Source: Myxococcota bacterium | GTDB lineage: Bacteria; Myxococcota; UBA4151 | Assembly (NCBI GenBank): GCA_036338695.1 | Contig: JAYZBQ010000042.1 | Location: forward strand, 1-64,000 | Direction: 5' to 3' | DNA: 64,000 nt | Shown here: in pieces, positions 9,523 to 19,366 of the stretch | Position numbering within the stretch: position 1 is the first letter of the stretch | Layout of the letters: each line of letters begins with the position of its first letter | The notes under the pieces: model-generated | What the model was told of the DNA's origin: nothing | What the model saw: only the letters and a program-made list of their open reading frames with translations | Databases searched by the model: none | Program-made: the position numbers and the translations under genes

Positions 9523-10235
9523 ACCGTCGCTTTGGGGTCTTGATGACGGCGTTGATGATCAGCGCCTGCAGCACCTGGCAACGTGCGCAACTCCCCGCTC
9601 AAGACAACGCCTTCGCGCCTCCTGCCTCGTCGCCAGGATTTTACTTCGCGACCGTCAACGCGACCTATTTTGGTGGGCAAGGCCGGCTCAAAGGTGAGCT
9701 CGGAGTCATCGTGGCGGCGCCCAACAAACTGCTGCTCGAGGTCCGAGGCCCCGGCGGGACGCCGGTCTCAACCTTCGCCTGTGACGGTGAGACCGTCTCC
9801 TTGTTTGAGCTCGAGGGGCCGCGCTTCTACACCGGCGCAGCCTCACCGCTGAGCATGGCGCGTCTGCTCCCTCTGCCGGTAGAGCCCGAGGTCGCCGTCG
9901 ATCTGTTGCGCGGTCGTCTGACGCTCCCTCAGACGGAGTTATCCTACGAGGTCAAAGGCAAAGCCAACCGACTCAGCGGCGTCCACCCGCTGCTCGGCAA
10001 CGTGGTCATCGAGCGCCTCAGTCAAGACCGGTGGGTCTGGTCGCTGCCCGACGAGGCGGTGCGTGTCGAGCTCAGCCGCCGCTCGCCGCAAGGGGTCTTC
10101 CAGGATCTGATGATCCAGGCAGGTCGTGAGCAGGTTCGGCTTCGGTTCAGCGAGCTGGACACCACCGGGGATCCGCCCGAAGCCGAACTCTTCAAGCTGA
10201 CGCCGCCGCCAGGGGTCACGCCGCAGCGACTTTAG
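9519..10235 (+). CDS. Lipoprotein, possibly LolB/DUF4292-like fold
   Basis: Lipobox MISAC; beta-rich, with 'PNKLLLEVRGPGG' and 'RLLPLPV' patterns reminiscent of LolB-like proteins. Confidence 0.55.
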   Translation: MNRRFGVLMTALMISACSTWQRAQLPAQDNAFAPPASSPGFYFATVNATYFGGQGRLKGELGVIVAAPNKLLLEVRGPGGTPVSTFACDGETVSLFELEGPRFYTGAASPLSMARLLPLPVEPEVAVDLLRGRLTLPQTELSYEVKGKANRLSGVHPLLGNVVIERLSQDRWVWSLPDEAVRVELSRRSPQGVFQDLMIQAGREQVRLRFSELDTTGDPPEAELFKLTPPPGVTPQRL

Positions 10236-10240
10236 TTGCT

Positions 10241-10540
10241 TTATTCGCGCACGGTCGCGGCGAGGAGCAGTCGGGCGAACGCTCGCCAGGTCGCTGCCTC
10301 CGAGCCACCTCGGAACTCTTTGAGGTCCTCACTGGCTTCACTCAAACCGCTCAAAAACTGCTCGAGGTCATCGTTCGGCCACTCCTCGAGCGCGTCGTGG
10401 TAGTCGGCGCGCAGCTCACGGACGAACAAGCAAAAGCTCTCGAGGTCACGGATCCGCTTAACCTCCTCCTCGAGGTCGTACGGAGGCTTCGTATCCTGCG
10501 GTAAAGCGATCAGTCTAAGTTGCGGTGTACGCCGAGGCAT
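10241..10540 (-). CDS. Small helical hypothetical protein (99 aa)
   Basis: ATG at 10540 after GAGGGAG. Sequence F..FV.EL..D....EEW.N..LEQFL....W..FA.LL.AA..E resembles a conserved small DUF (DUF7660-like, from memory). Confidence 0.6.
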   Translation of the reverse strand: MPRRTPQLRLIALPQDTKPPYDLEEEVKRIRDLESFCLFVRELRADYHDALEEWPNDDLEQFLSGLSEASEDLKEFRGGSEAATWRAFARLLLAATVRE

Positions 10541-10601
10541 CGGTTGGTTCGCTCCCTCACCTCGCCCGGCATATCGGCCCGCCTGTCGGCCAGCAAATCT
10601 T

Positions 10602-11309
10602 TTACAGTTTCCTGAGCACCAGGTCGTAAAACGAGCCCAGCGGCGCCAAGGGACGAGCCAGACCGTGCTCCAAGGTCTGCAGCGCATCGGCTACCAGCGG
10701 CAGCTTATGAAGCACCGGAAGAGGCGTCACCACCCGCAGACCATACGACTCCACCCACTCCATCCCTTCCGGGAAATAGCCGCGCGCCTGCCGCGGGGTG
10801 TCAAAGCGGACATAGACGTCGCGCTCGGACTGCCCATCGCCGCCTGTTTTGCCGCCCTGCTTGACGCTCCAGATCGCACCCCGGACCGAGCGCGGGTTGT
10901 AAAACTCGGCGATCAGCACACCGCCAGGCTTGAGCACACGCGCCATCTCCAGCGCGGCGCTGCGGATCCCTTGGACGTGCGCGAGCACCTTGAAGCTGCA
11001 CACCAGATCGAACGAGGCGTCCTCAAACGGGAGCTGCTCGGCGCTGCTTTGCTCGACCGTCAAGCCACGCGCCCGGGCTCGCTCCAGCATGCCCTCGCTC
11101 AGGTCGACCCCGACCACCTCATCAAAGTCATGCCGGAGCCGCTCAAGGATAAGACCGGTCCCACACCCCACCTCAAGCAACCGACCACCGCTTGCGTGGC
11201 GACGGACCAGATTCGCCTGCGCGTCGTCGAGCCACGCATGATAACCGGCGCCCCGGCGGTCTTCGTAGCTCTTGGCAAATTCATCGTAATAGCTCGCATT
11301 ATCTTTCAC
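10602..11309 (-). CDS. Class I SAM-dependent methyltransferase
   Basis: LLEVGCGTG, GVDLSEGML, LPFEDASFDLV and RVLKPGG. Confidence 0.92.
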   Translation of the reverse strand: MKDNASYYDEFAKSYEDRRGAGYHAWLDDAQANLVRRHASGGRLLEVGCGTGLILERLRHDFDEVVGVDLSEGMLERARARGLTVEQSSAEQLPFEDASFDLVCSFKVLAHVQGIRSAALEMARVLKPGGVLIAEFYNPRSVRGAIWSVKQGGKTGGDGQSERDVYVRFDTPRQARGYFPEGMEWVESYGLRVVTPLPVLHKLPLVADALQTLEHGLARPLAPLGSFYDLVLRKL

Positions 11310-13969
11310 GGCTTCTGCTCTTTCTTTTCCTTGGCGGCGGACGCCTCCTTGCGCGCCGCCTCGATGGCGCGCATCTGCTCTCGGCGGAGCTGGTCACGTT
11401 CGACGGCCCACTTCATGGGTACGATCAGCTGGCGATCAGCCAGGACCACGCGTGTGCCCGATTTGCTGAGCTCGAGCGCGCCGTCGGGCTGCGGCTGCAG
11501 GCGCTCGTCCCCTGCGTAGAAGCCGAGGGTCAGCCTCCAATGTGCAGACGGAAACTTACTCATCGTCCCAAGAATCACAGGGTCCTTGATGATAACCCCA
11601 GGCGGCCAGCGGTTGGTCGGGAAGTAACTTCGCCCGGGGAAGTGATCTTTGTTCATGGCGCGTGGACCGCTCAGCCCGAAGGCGACGCGCCATGAGGTGT
11701 CCATTCGCTTGATGGCGCGCAGATACAGAGTCGCGACATGCTGTGGTTTTTCCGCGTCGCCCCCTTGCCCGAACTCATAACCGATCAGCTCGATGCTGTC
11801 GCCGAAACGCACCGGGCGCTCCAACAGGGCAGCGTCAGGGACGCGATCAGCGATCAGGTCACGCACCTGCATCCCGCGACGCACAAAGGTGCCCCCTCGA
11901 TTCATCAGGGTCAGCAGCCTCCCTCGCATCACGTCGACCTGCTTCGAGTTGACGGGCGCTAAGTTGTTGAGCTCCATGCGGTCGAGCTGCGCATTAAACA
12001 GCTCATAGCGGTTCTGGTCGAGGTGATAGAACAAGCGCCAATCCGCCGTGCTCACCGAGAAATGCTGCCCGCGCCGGTAGCTCTCGGTCAAAACGGCCCG
12101 ATCCAGCTCCTCAGCCCCTCCGCGCAAGGTCTCGAGTAGGCTGAACCCGGCGCTCGGCTTTGGCTGCAGCGCCGCCATGTTCAGCAGCGTCGGGGCGACA
12201 TCGACCAAGCTCACGGCGCCACGCAGTCGCCGTGGCTGAAACCCCGGACCACGCCAAGCCATCACCACCCGCGTCTCGTGCCGGTGGAGGTTGTAGCCGT
12301 GACCAAACTTCCCCTTCTCGCCTAAACTCTCACCATGATCAGAGACGATCAGCGTCGTCGTCTTGGGCTGCGCCGAGAGCTCATTGAGCAGCCCACCTAG
12401 GTGCTGATCCATGAACGCAATCGAGCTGGCATAGCGCGCCTTGGTGCTACGCCCGAAGTTCGGCTGCACGCCATGAAAGTAAGGGTCATGCGGGTCGAAG
12501 TAGTGCAACCATAACAGGCGCTTGCCGCTCGGATTGGCTGCCAGCCAGGCGCGCGCCCGAGCGGTCACCTGATCGGCGGTGTCCAGGCTCCGCGTCGTCA
12601 CGACCTCCGCCTCGTCGAACCCCTGGTCAAAATCGTTGAGGCGCACGTCAAACCCAGAGACGATGGCGTGGGTCTTATAGCCCGCCGACTTGAGCCCCTC
12701 CGCCAAGGTGTCGACGGAGGCGGGCAGCTTCACCGTGGGCGACGACAGCCGCTCCTCAAAGAGATCACTGATGTAGCCCGGCATCTGGCCCATCCCGAGC
12801 CCCGTCAGCAAGCTCGGCATCGCGATGGTGGTGTACGGTCCGGTGGTGTACGCCGAATCAAACACCACGGCTTGGCGCGCCCAACGATCGAGCTTCGGCG
12901 TGGTGGGGTGCTTTGAGTAGCCGTAAAAGCCGACAAAGTCCGGGCGCAACGCATCCACCGAGACCAGCACGATCAGCTCAGGTGCTGCGTCCTTTGTTTG
13001 TGCCGCATACCGAGGGTTCAGATCCAAGCCCTCTTGGCGACTCGAGAGGTCGCCAGCGAAGCAGTCCTGATCGATGCCGTCGTCGGGCAGATCGATGGCG
13101 CCTGGAAAGGTCATGGGGTCGCTGGGACCGCAGTCTCCGCCGCCAAACCAAGCGCTCACCCCATCGCCATCCGCGTCGATCCGGCTGCGCAGTTGTTGCG
13201 CCACCAAGCTCGAGAACGAGAAGTGTCCGCTCAGGCTGGTGGCGCTGAGCGGGGAGCGGCCGAATCCAACGACCAACACCGCCGTAAACGCTATCGACGC
13301 GAGGACGGCGACCGGCGACGCCGACCGGAGGCGGTCACCGAAGAGGCCGATCACCACCGCCGAAGCGCCGATCAGCGCGACCGCCATCAGCGGCCAAGGG
13401 TCGATCTCCTTGAACAGGAGATCCCGCTGCCACCATAAAGCGAGGTAGAGCATCGCCCCCAAGCCGCCAGCGCCGAGCGTGAGGTAGGCTGGGCTGAGCA
13501 ACTTGACGCCTTGGATGGGGCGAAGCATGGCGCCGACGCGGCGCCCGATCAACCACCCCAAGCCGAGGGACGCGATCACCGCCCCGACGCTGATCACCAC
13601 GTTGTAAAGAGGCGTCGCGACGACGTCGCTCAGGGCCGGAATCATGCTTAAGGCGAGCCCGCCCCCCGCCGCGAGGCCAGCGAGCTGTGCGATCAGGTTC
13701 AAGCCCGCCCCGGTCTGATCCGGCTCGGCGCGCCTCGCCCACAGGTCCAGCACCCGCTCGTCGAGCGCCGCTGCCTTGGGGATCATGATGAGCGCCACAC
13801 AGCTCGCCCCGAGGCAAGCCGTCTGAATCAGCCCAAGCGCAACGAGCGCGCCGATCCAGCCGTGCTCCGGCCACCCTTGCCGCCACGCGCCGAGCCCAAC
13901 CTCGATGCACCAAATCGGAGCGGAGGCGAGCAGCGCAAGCGAGATCACGCTCTGCAGCCGGGTCATCAT
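11306..13969 (-). CDS. Membrane-anchored sulfatase/alkaline-phosphatase-superfamily enzyme (Thr-type), paralog 1
   Basis: About 7-8 N-terminal TMs, DxDGDG..DC..PGA..PDDGIDQDC metal-binding motif, SVDALR, YTTGPYT, HYFDPH, SDHGE, and a C-terminal beta domain. Confidence 0.85.
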   Translation of the reverse strand: MMTRLQSVISLALLASAPIWCIEVGLGAWRQGWPEHGWIGALVALGLIQTACLGASCVALIMIPKAAALDERVLDLWARRAEPDQTGAGLNLIAQLAGLAAGGGLALSMIPALSDVVATPLYNVVISVGAVIASLGLGWLIGRRVGAMLRPIQGVKLLSPAYLTLGAGGLGAMLYLALWWQRDLLFKEIDPWPLMAVALIGASAVVIGLFGDRLRSASPVAVLASIAFTAVLVVGFGRSPLSATSLSGHFSFSSLVAQQLRSRIDADGDGVSAWFGGGDCGPSDPMTFPGAIDLPDDGIDQDCFAGDLSSRQEGLDLNPRYAAQTKDAAPELIVLVSVDALRPDFVGFYGYSKHPTTPKLDRWARQAVVFDSAYTTGPYTTIAMPSLLTGLGMGQMPGYISDLFEERLSSPTVKLPASVDTLAEGLKSAGYKTHAIVSGFDVRLNDFDQGFDEAEVVTTRSLDTADQVTARARAWLAANPSGKRLLWLHYFDPHDPYFHGVQPNFGRSTKARYASSIAFMDQHLGGLLNELSAQPKTTTLIVSDHGESLGEKGKFGHGYNLHRHETRVVMAWRGPGFQPRRLRGAVSLVDVAPTLLNMAALQPKPSAGFSLLETLRGGAEELDRAVLTESYRRGQHFSVSTADWRLFYHLDQNRYELFNAQLDRMELNNLAPVNSKQVDVMRGRLLTLMNRGGTFVRRGMQVRDLIADRVPDAALLERPVRFGDSIELIGYEFGQGGDAEKPQHVATLYLRAIKRMDTSWRVAFGLSGPRAMNKDHFPGRSYFPTNRWPPGVIIKDPVILGTMSKFPSAHWRLTLGFYAGDERLQPQPDGALELSKSGTRVVLADRQLIVPMKWAVERDQLRREQMRAIEAARKEASAAKEKKEQKP

Positions 13970-16545
13970 GGCTTCACCTTCCGCCGATTGAATTGCCCCC
14001 AGATCAAGGGCTTGAGCTTTTTGAACTCACGCACGATCACACGCGTACCGCGCTCGTTCTGGCGAAAAGCCCCTTGCGCCGGCAGGAGCTTATCGGTGCC
14101 GCTGTAGACGCCGACGCTGATCGAGCGATCTTGAACCCCGAGCTTGTCCAGGCGACCGACGACGACCTGATCCTCGATCACCTGCCCGACCGGCCACTGA
14201 TTGGTAGGATAGGTCCCCCGCCCCGGGACGTAGCCATAGCCGGGCGTGTGGTCACGGTTCACCGAGCTCTTTCCGGAGCGAATCCCGACGGCGATCCGCC
14301 ACGAGCGCTCCATCTTCTTTAGGGCGCGCCAATACAAACTCAGGATGTACTCCGGTTTGTCGGGTGACTTCCCACCGACGAACCAGCGCACCCCGACGAG
14401 CTCCAAGGCGTCACCAAAGCGTTGCGGCTCGGCCAGCCGAACACCCGGAGGCAAAACCTGGGTCAGCATCCGCTGAACGGTGAGCCCGCGCCGAAGCAGC
14501 ACACCCTTGGTGAGGTGGTTGTAGAGCTGCCGCTCGAGCCGCTCATCCGCCACCGGGTCGCGCCCAAACAGGTCGGTCAACTCGGCGGGGTCTTCGACGA
14601 TGTCGTAGCGCTCATAGCGCGCCTCATCTTGAAAGTAGATGAGCCGCTGTGTGCCCGTGGATAAACCGAACAGTTGCCCCTTGCGATAGCTCTCGGTGAG
14701 CACACCGCGAGCCAGATCAGCGGGCTCCCCGAGCAGCTGCGGGACCAAGCTCTGACCGAAGCCCGGGGCGCGCGCTGCACCCGCTAACTGCAAGAGCGTC
14801 GGCATGACGTCGAGGATGCTGACGGCGCCCTGATGGCGCTGCGCTGACGCCCCACCCCAGCGGATGATCATCGGGATCCGTGCGTTCTCCCGATAAATGT
14901 TGGTCCCGTGGTTGGTGGCGCCATGCTCACCGAAGGCTTCGCCGTGATCGGCGACCAAAGCAACGACGTGATCGGGGTCAGACGAGATCTCCTCGAGCAG
15001 CGGCCCGAGGTGCTGATCCATAAAGGCGATGCTGGCGTCGTAGCGATCGACCGGGGCGGCACCGAAATCAAAGCCCTTTTTGCGCTGATACGGGTCGTGT
15101 GGGTCAAAGTAATGAAGCCACAAAAAGCCTTCTCGATCCCCCGTCTTCTTGAGCCAGTGCCGAGCGTAGCGCGTCACCGCGTCGGCGGTGTCCGCCTTGC
15201 CTTTGGTGACGACTTTGAGGTGATCTAAGCCCTGACCAAAGCCGTTGCCTCTCGGGTCAAGACCGCTGGTCACGGCGCCGGTGCGGTAGCCCATTTTGCG
15301 CAACAGTTCAGGCAGGGTCTTGAGCTCATCGGCGAGCTTGTAGCTTCCTTTTTCAGCGATGTAATTGGGGATCTGAGAGATACCGCGTGCGGTCAGCAGC
15401 CCTGGGATCGCTGCGATCGTGTACGGCCCGGAGGTGTACGCGTTGTCAAAGACCACCGCCTCGCTCGCCCAGCGGTCTAGGTTCGGCGAGGTGGCGTGGC
15501 GCGTGTAGCCGTAGGCGCCTAGGTGATCCGGTCGCAGGGCATCGATAGACACCAACACGATCTTTTTGGGGCGACGCAGGTTCCCGACCGCCGGCAGGTC
15601 GTTCTCGCGGTCCACCGCGACGTCCGTGCTCTTGAGGTCACCTCGGTAACAGTCTTGGTCCACACCGTCGTCGGGAAGATCGACTGAGCCAGGGAAGATG
15701 CGCGGGTCAAAAGGGGCGCAATCCTTGGCGCCGAAGTGACTCGCCACGCCATCGCCGTCCCAATCGGTGAGCCGATCGAGTGCGCGAACGACAACGCCTG
15801 AGCCGGGCGCACCACGCCGTAGCATCGGCGCTGCGCTCGTCCAGTCTCCAACCCAGCCGACCACCAGCAGCGCCGCAGCCGCCACCACAAGGCTCGCTCG
15901 CACGCGCTGCGCCGGCGCCGGCCACTGAGCGAACAAAGCCCCCCATAAGGTGACGCCGAGCACCACGCCGATCGCAGGTGAGATCTCCTTGAAGAACAGG
16001 TCTCGCCAGATCCAGAGCGTTGCGTAAGCCAAACAACCAAAGGCTGCGGCGAGACCCAGGACCCGTGCACGCGTCAGCGGACCGCGCTGAGGCAGGCGGC
16101 GCAACCCAAAGGCGATTCGCCAAGCCACGCCCCCCGTGAGCGTCAGCGCTGCCACGACCCCAACTACCTGCAAAATATGCTCGTAGAGCGCCGTCGCGAA
16201 GCGCCCCTGCAGCGCCGCGAAAACGACCGCGCTGAGCGCCCATCCAGCCGGTACAGCGAGCGCCCAGACCACCCAAGCCAGCGCCGCGCCAAGCTCACCG
16301 TCACCGCCCGAGGCGCTGTCACGCACATCACGCCACCAGGGCGCCATCCGGTCACCGAGCTCCGGCGCCATCAGCCACACAAGCGCCGCCAGGCTCACCG
16401 CGATCAGCTGATGCAGCGCCACCACCACCAGCACCCCTGCGAGGTGGCCGAGCGAGAGCCCAAGCGAGGTCAGCCCAAAAGCGGCGTCAAGCAGACCGCT
16501 GCCCAAGCCAATCCAAAGCGCTTTCTCGAGTCGTGCCATCATCAC
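13966..16545 (-). CDS. Membrane-anchored sulfatase/alkaline-phosphatase-superfamily enzyme (Thr-type), paralog 2
   Basis: Same architecture as its neighbour: DWDGDG..PDDGVDQDC, SIDALR, YTSGPYT, HYFDPH, ADHGE. Confidence 0.85.
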   Translation of the reverse strand: MMMARLEKALWIGLGSGLLDAAFGLTSLGLSLGHLAGVLVVVALHQLIAVSLAALVWLMAPELGDRMAPWWRDVRDSASGGDGELGAALAWVVWALAVPAGWALSAVVFAALQGRFATALYEHILQVVGVVAALTLTGGVAWRIAFGLRRLPQRGPLTRARVLGLAAAFGCLAYATLWIWRDLFFKEISPAIGVVLGVTLWGALFAQWPAPAQRVRASLVVAAAALLVVGWVGDWTSAAPMLRRGAPGSGVVVRALDRLTDWDGDGVASHFGAKDCAPFDPRIFPGSVDLPDDGVDQDCYRGDLKSTDVAVDRENDLPAVGNLRRPKKIVLVSIDALRPDHLGAYGYTRHATSPNLDRWASEAVVFDNAYTSGPYTIAAIPGLLTARGISQIPNYIAEKGSYKLADELKTLPELLRKMGYRTGAVTSGLDPRGNGFGQGLDHLKVVTKGKADTADAVTRYARHWLKKTGDREGFLWLHYFDPHDPYQRKKGFDFGAAPVDRYDASIAFMDQHLGPLLEEISSDPDHVVALVADHGEAFGEHGATNHGTNIYRENARIPMIIRWGGASAQRHQGAVSILDVMPTLLQLAGAARAPGFGQSLVPQLLGEPADLARGVLTESYRKGQLFGLSTGTQRLIYFQDEARYERYDIVEDPAELTDLFGRDPVADERLERQLYNHLTKGVLLRRGLTVQRMLTQVLPPGVRLAEPQRFGDALELVGVRWFVGGKSPDKPEYILSLYWRALKKMERSWRIAVGIRSGKSSVNRDHTPGYGYVPGRGTYPTNQWPVGQVIEDQVVVGRLDKLGVQDRSISVGVYSGTDKLLPAQGAFRQNERGTRVIVREFKKLKPLIWGQFNRRKVKP

Positions 16546-17642
16546 ATCAAGCCCAGCTCTCGGTACACCGAAGCGTAGTCCTTGGCCATGCGTTTTGGCG
16601 TAAACCGACGAGCGTAGACCGAGCGCGCCACGTCTCGATCCAGCGCCGCCATCCGCTCCACCGCTTGCGTCACCGCAGACACGTCCGCAATCGGCGCTGA
16701 CGCCAACACGGGCTCGTCGAGATCTGCCATAGGGCTGTTATCGGCGACCACCGCCGGCACGCCCGCTGCGAAGCCCTCGAGCACGACCAGCGGCCAGTCC
16801 ATCTTACCCGTCAAATCGGTCGCCGGGAGCAGCTGTGCGCGCGCCGCGCTCACCAAGTCACCGATCCAATCGATCCGCCCGAGCACGTGAACATGCCCGA
16901 AGCTCTCTTCTCGCAGCCGGCGCTCGAACGCCGCCCGGCGCTGCTCATCGGCGGGGGTTTTTGCGCGGCAGGCCAGGACCAAGTTGAGCCCATCCGGCAG
17001 CTGCTGCGCCACAGCGAGCGCCACCTCAGCGCCACCGCCTGCGCGCCAATCGCCCGCAAAGAGAACATAATCACCGAAGCGCTCACGGCAGCGAGCGCGC
17101 CCCGCGTCCGAGCTCTCAAGAGGCAACACCGCGGGCTCGATCAGCTGCGCCTCGACCCCTTCCGCTGCGAGCCGGCGCTGCGCCCACGGTGAGACCACCA
17201 CGTGGCGCTCGGCAAAGAGGCTCGGTTTGACGCCGACCCCAACCGCCGGCAACGAGCAGAGCGTATGGACGCTTGGGCGCCGGCAGATCCAGCGAGCGCA
17301 GCGCGCCGCCATCGCCGTGCGCGGATTGGGCGCAAAGAAGAAGTGCCGCCCGCGCTCACCCTCGGTGCGCAAAAGCCTGAGCAAGACCGGCAGGTTCTGC
17401 CGCAGACCGGGCGCAAAATTCCCCGCGTCGCGGTAGATCCGCTCCTCGGTCAGCCCGCTCAAACCGCTCGGGTGGCTCCCAACCATGACCCTCAGCGCCG
17501 GCGCATCCTCACGGTCAAGCAAGCCCGTCACGAGCGCACGGGCCAGCCCGCTCGAGCTGTCGTGCCAGGGTGGCGCAAACGGTTTGGTGACCATCAAAAC
17601 CGACAACGAGCGTCTCCAAATCGTGCCGATAGCCCAAATCAA
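16542..17642 (-). CDS. GT4 family glycosyltransferase
   Basis: VLFAG, VHVLG and 'DWPLVVLEGFAAGVPAVV' GT-B C-terminal motif; exact start uncertain. Confidence 0.85.
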   Translation of the reverse strand: MIWAIGTIWRRSLSVLMVTKPFAPPWHDSSSGLARALVTGLLDREDAPALRVMVGSHPSGLSGLTEERIYRDAGNFAPGLRQNLPVLLRLLRTEGERGRHFFFAPNPRTAMAARCARWICRRPSVHTLCSLPAVGVGVKPSLFAERHVVVSPWAQRRLAAEGVEAQLIEPAVLPLESSDAGRARCRERFGDYVLFAGDWRAGGGAEVALAVAQQLPDGLNLVLACRAKTPADEQRRAAFERRLREESFGHVHVLGRIDWIGDLVSAARAQLLPATDLTGKMDWPLVVLEGFAAGVPAVVADNSPMADLDEPVLASAPIADVSAVTQAVERMAALDRDVARSVYARRFTPKRMAKDYASVYRELGLM

Positions 17643-17675
17643 CTGACGTGGAAAGAAGCGAAGCCGCTCAGTCCG

Positions 17676-18689
17676 CTAGCGCATCACCCAGTCACAAAAA
17701 GCGCCCCAAGCCGACGCCCCCGACCGCGCGATGGCAGGCGCTTGGCTCCAAGTCGTAGCCTGATACGCACGCTCGATCGCTTGAGCCCACCGCGGGGGAT
17801 CAAAGCCCTCAACGATCCAGCCATCAACGCCCTGCTCGACGCGCTGCCTTAGACCGTCAACCGATGACACCACCACCGGCACACCCGCAAGTCGTAGCTC
17901 GTCCACAACCAGCGGAGCGCCCTCAGCGCTTCGGGACAAGCACACGCCGACGCCGGCGCCGACCTCGGTAGGCCAAACCGACGGATGCTTTGCGCCTAAA
18001 CACCGAATCCGAGGATCGCACGCAAGCTGCGGGCGCAAGGGACCGTCTCCGACGACCACCGCCTCCCAGCCCGGGAGTTGATCGAGCAGCTCCGGCAAGA
18101 GGTCACAGCCTTTTTGTGGGATCAACCGCCCTACAAAGATCAGGCGCTGCGCCGGCGGCTGCGGTGGCTGAGCCACACCCTCAATCGGCACGGGGATCAC
18201 CCGAGCGCTCGCTTGAAAACGCGCCGGCAGGCGGCTTCGCTGATGCTCGCACACCAACGCCACCGAGTGGGTTCGCCCGAGCAACCAACCAGCGCCTGGC
18301 AGGCGCAGATCCGAGCCATGGCACCAGGAGCGGAGTCGCTCAGCGGGGACACCCTGCGCCTGCGCCATCAAGGCGAAAGGAACCGACCAATGGCAGACCA
18401 CCCGATCCGCTCGGCGCCACGAGCTACGGCGTGCGATCAGGCGGCTCATGAGGCGCGTCGCGAGCCACGGCTGGCGACGCAACGTCGGCATCAACCCACC
18501 GCCGGCTGTGGCGAGCGCCCCGCCCAAGGGCTCAACGCGGGCTCCATCGAGCGAGCGCCCAGGCTGCAGCGGATACACCTCAAGCGTGCAGCCGGCTGCC
18601 TGCAGCACCTGACAGCTTCGATAGACAAAAGCGCCGCCAGGATCCTGCTCATCCAGAGGCCATGAGCTGGTGAGGACGGCGACCCTCAC
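17676..18689 (-). CDS. GT4 family glycosyltransferase
   Basis: GTG 18689 gives MRVAVLTSSWP..GAFV; HGSD, FVGRLIPQKG, VGDGP and EGAPLVVDE motifs. Confidence 0.85.
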   Translation of the reverse strand: MRVAVLTSSWPLDEQDPGGAFVYRSCQVLQAAGCTLEVYPLQPGRSLDGARVEPLGGALATAGGGLMPTLRRQPWLATRLMSRLIARRSSWRRADRVVCHWSVPFALMAQAQGVPAERLRSWCHGSDLRLPGAGWLLGRTHSVALVCEHQRSRLPARFQASARVIPVPIEGVAQPPQPPAQRLIFVGRLIPQKGCDLLPELLDQLPGWEAVVVGDGPLRPQLACDPRIRCLGAKHPSVWPTEVGAGVGVCLSRSAEGAPLVVDELRLAGVPVVVSSVDGLRQRVEQGVDGWIVEGFDPPRWAQAIERAYQATTWSQAPAIARSGASAWGAFCDWVMR

Positions 18690-19366
18690 CGAAGACGCTC
18701 GAAGCAAGCGTGTAAGAGCGCCATCGCGATCGCCGGTGCGCGATGCAGCCCGTGGTGGCTCACGCCGTCGGCTGGGTAGTGCGCAGGGACCGGAACATGC
18801 ACGATCCGCCCGCGACGCGCAGCGACCGCTGCGGACAGATGCATGGGATAACCAAAGCCACGCCAGAGGTGGCGAGGGAGTACGCTCAAGCGCAGGGCGA
18901 CGAAGCCGCTGAGTGGGTCTCGGATCCGCGTCCGAGCGCACCAGCTCGAGGGCCACGAAAGGATGCGGGCGGCGATGCCCCGAAACCAAGGCATCGGGTC
19001 GCCACCGCTGCTCGTCTCGAGACGGCTCCCGCGCGCCAGATCGGCTTCGTGTCGCTCGAGCGCCTCAATCAGCGCAGGGATCTTGCGGGCGTCCATCTGA
19101 CCGTCGGCGTCGACCACCACCGCCCACAGCGCGCCGGTCGCTTTCGCCTGCCTCAAACCGTTGAGGACTGCGCCGCCTGGCCCTCGACGACGCTGCCGAA
19201 TCACGGTGGTCTTGACCATCTGCCGAGCGACCTCGGCGGTGCCGTCGGTCGAGCCGTCATCGACGACGATGATCTGGTCCACAAAGGGCGCAAGCTGCCG
19301 CAAGGTCTCACCGAGACGAGCCGATGCGTTGTAGGCAGGGACGACGGCGCAGCGAAGGACGCTCAT
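18686..19366 (-). CDS. GT2 polyprenol-phosphate glycosyltransferase (DPM-synthase-like)
   Basis: VPAYN, VVDDGSTDGT, DADGQ, GSR and DPLSGF. Confidence 0.88.
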   Translation of the reverse strand: MSVLRCAVVPAYNASARLGETLRQLAPFVDQIIVVDDGSTDGTAEVARQMVKTTVIRQRRRGPGGAVLNGLRQAKATGALWAVVVDADGQMDARKIPALIEALERHEADLARGSRLETSSGGDPMPWFRGIAARILSWPSSWCARTRIRDPLSGFVALRLSVLPRHLWRGFGYPMHLSAAVAARRGRIVHVPVPAHYPADGVSHHGLHRAPAIAMALLHACFERLR

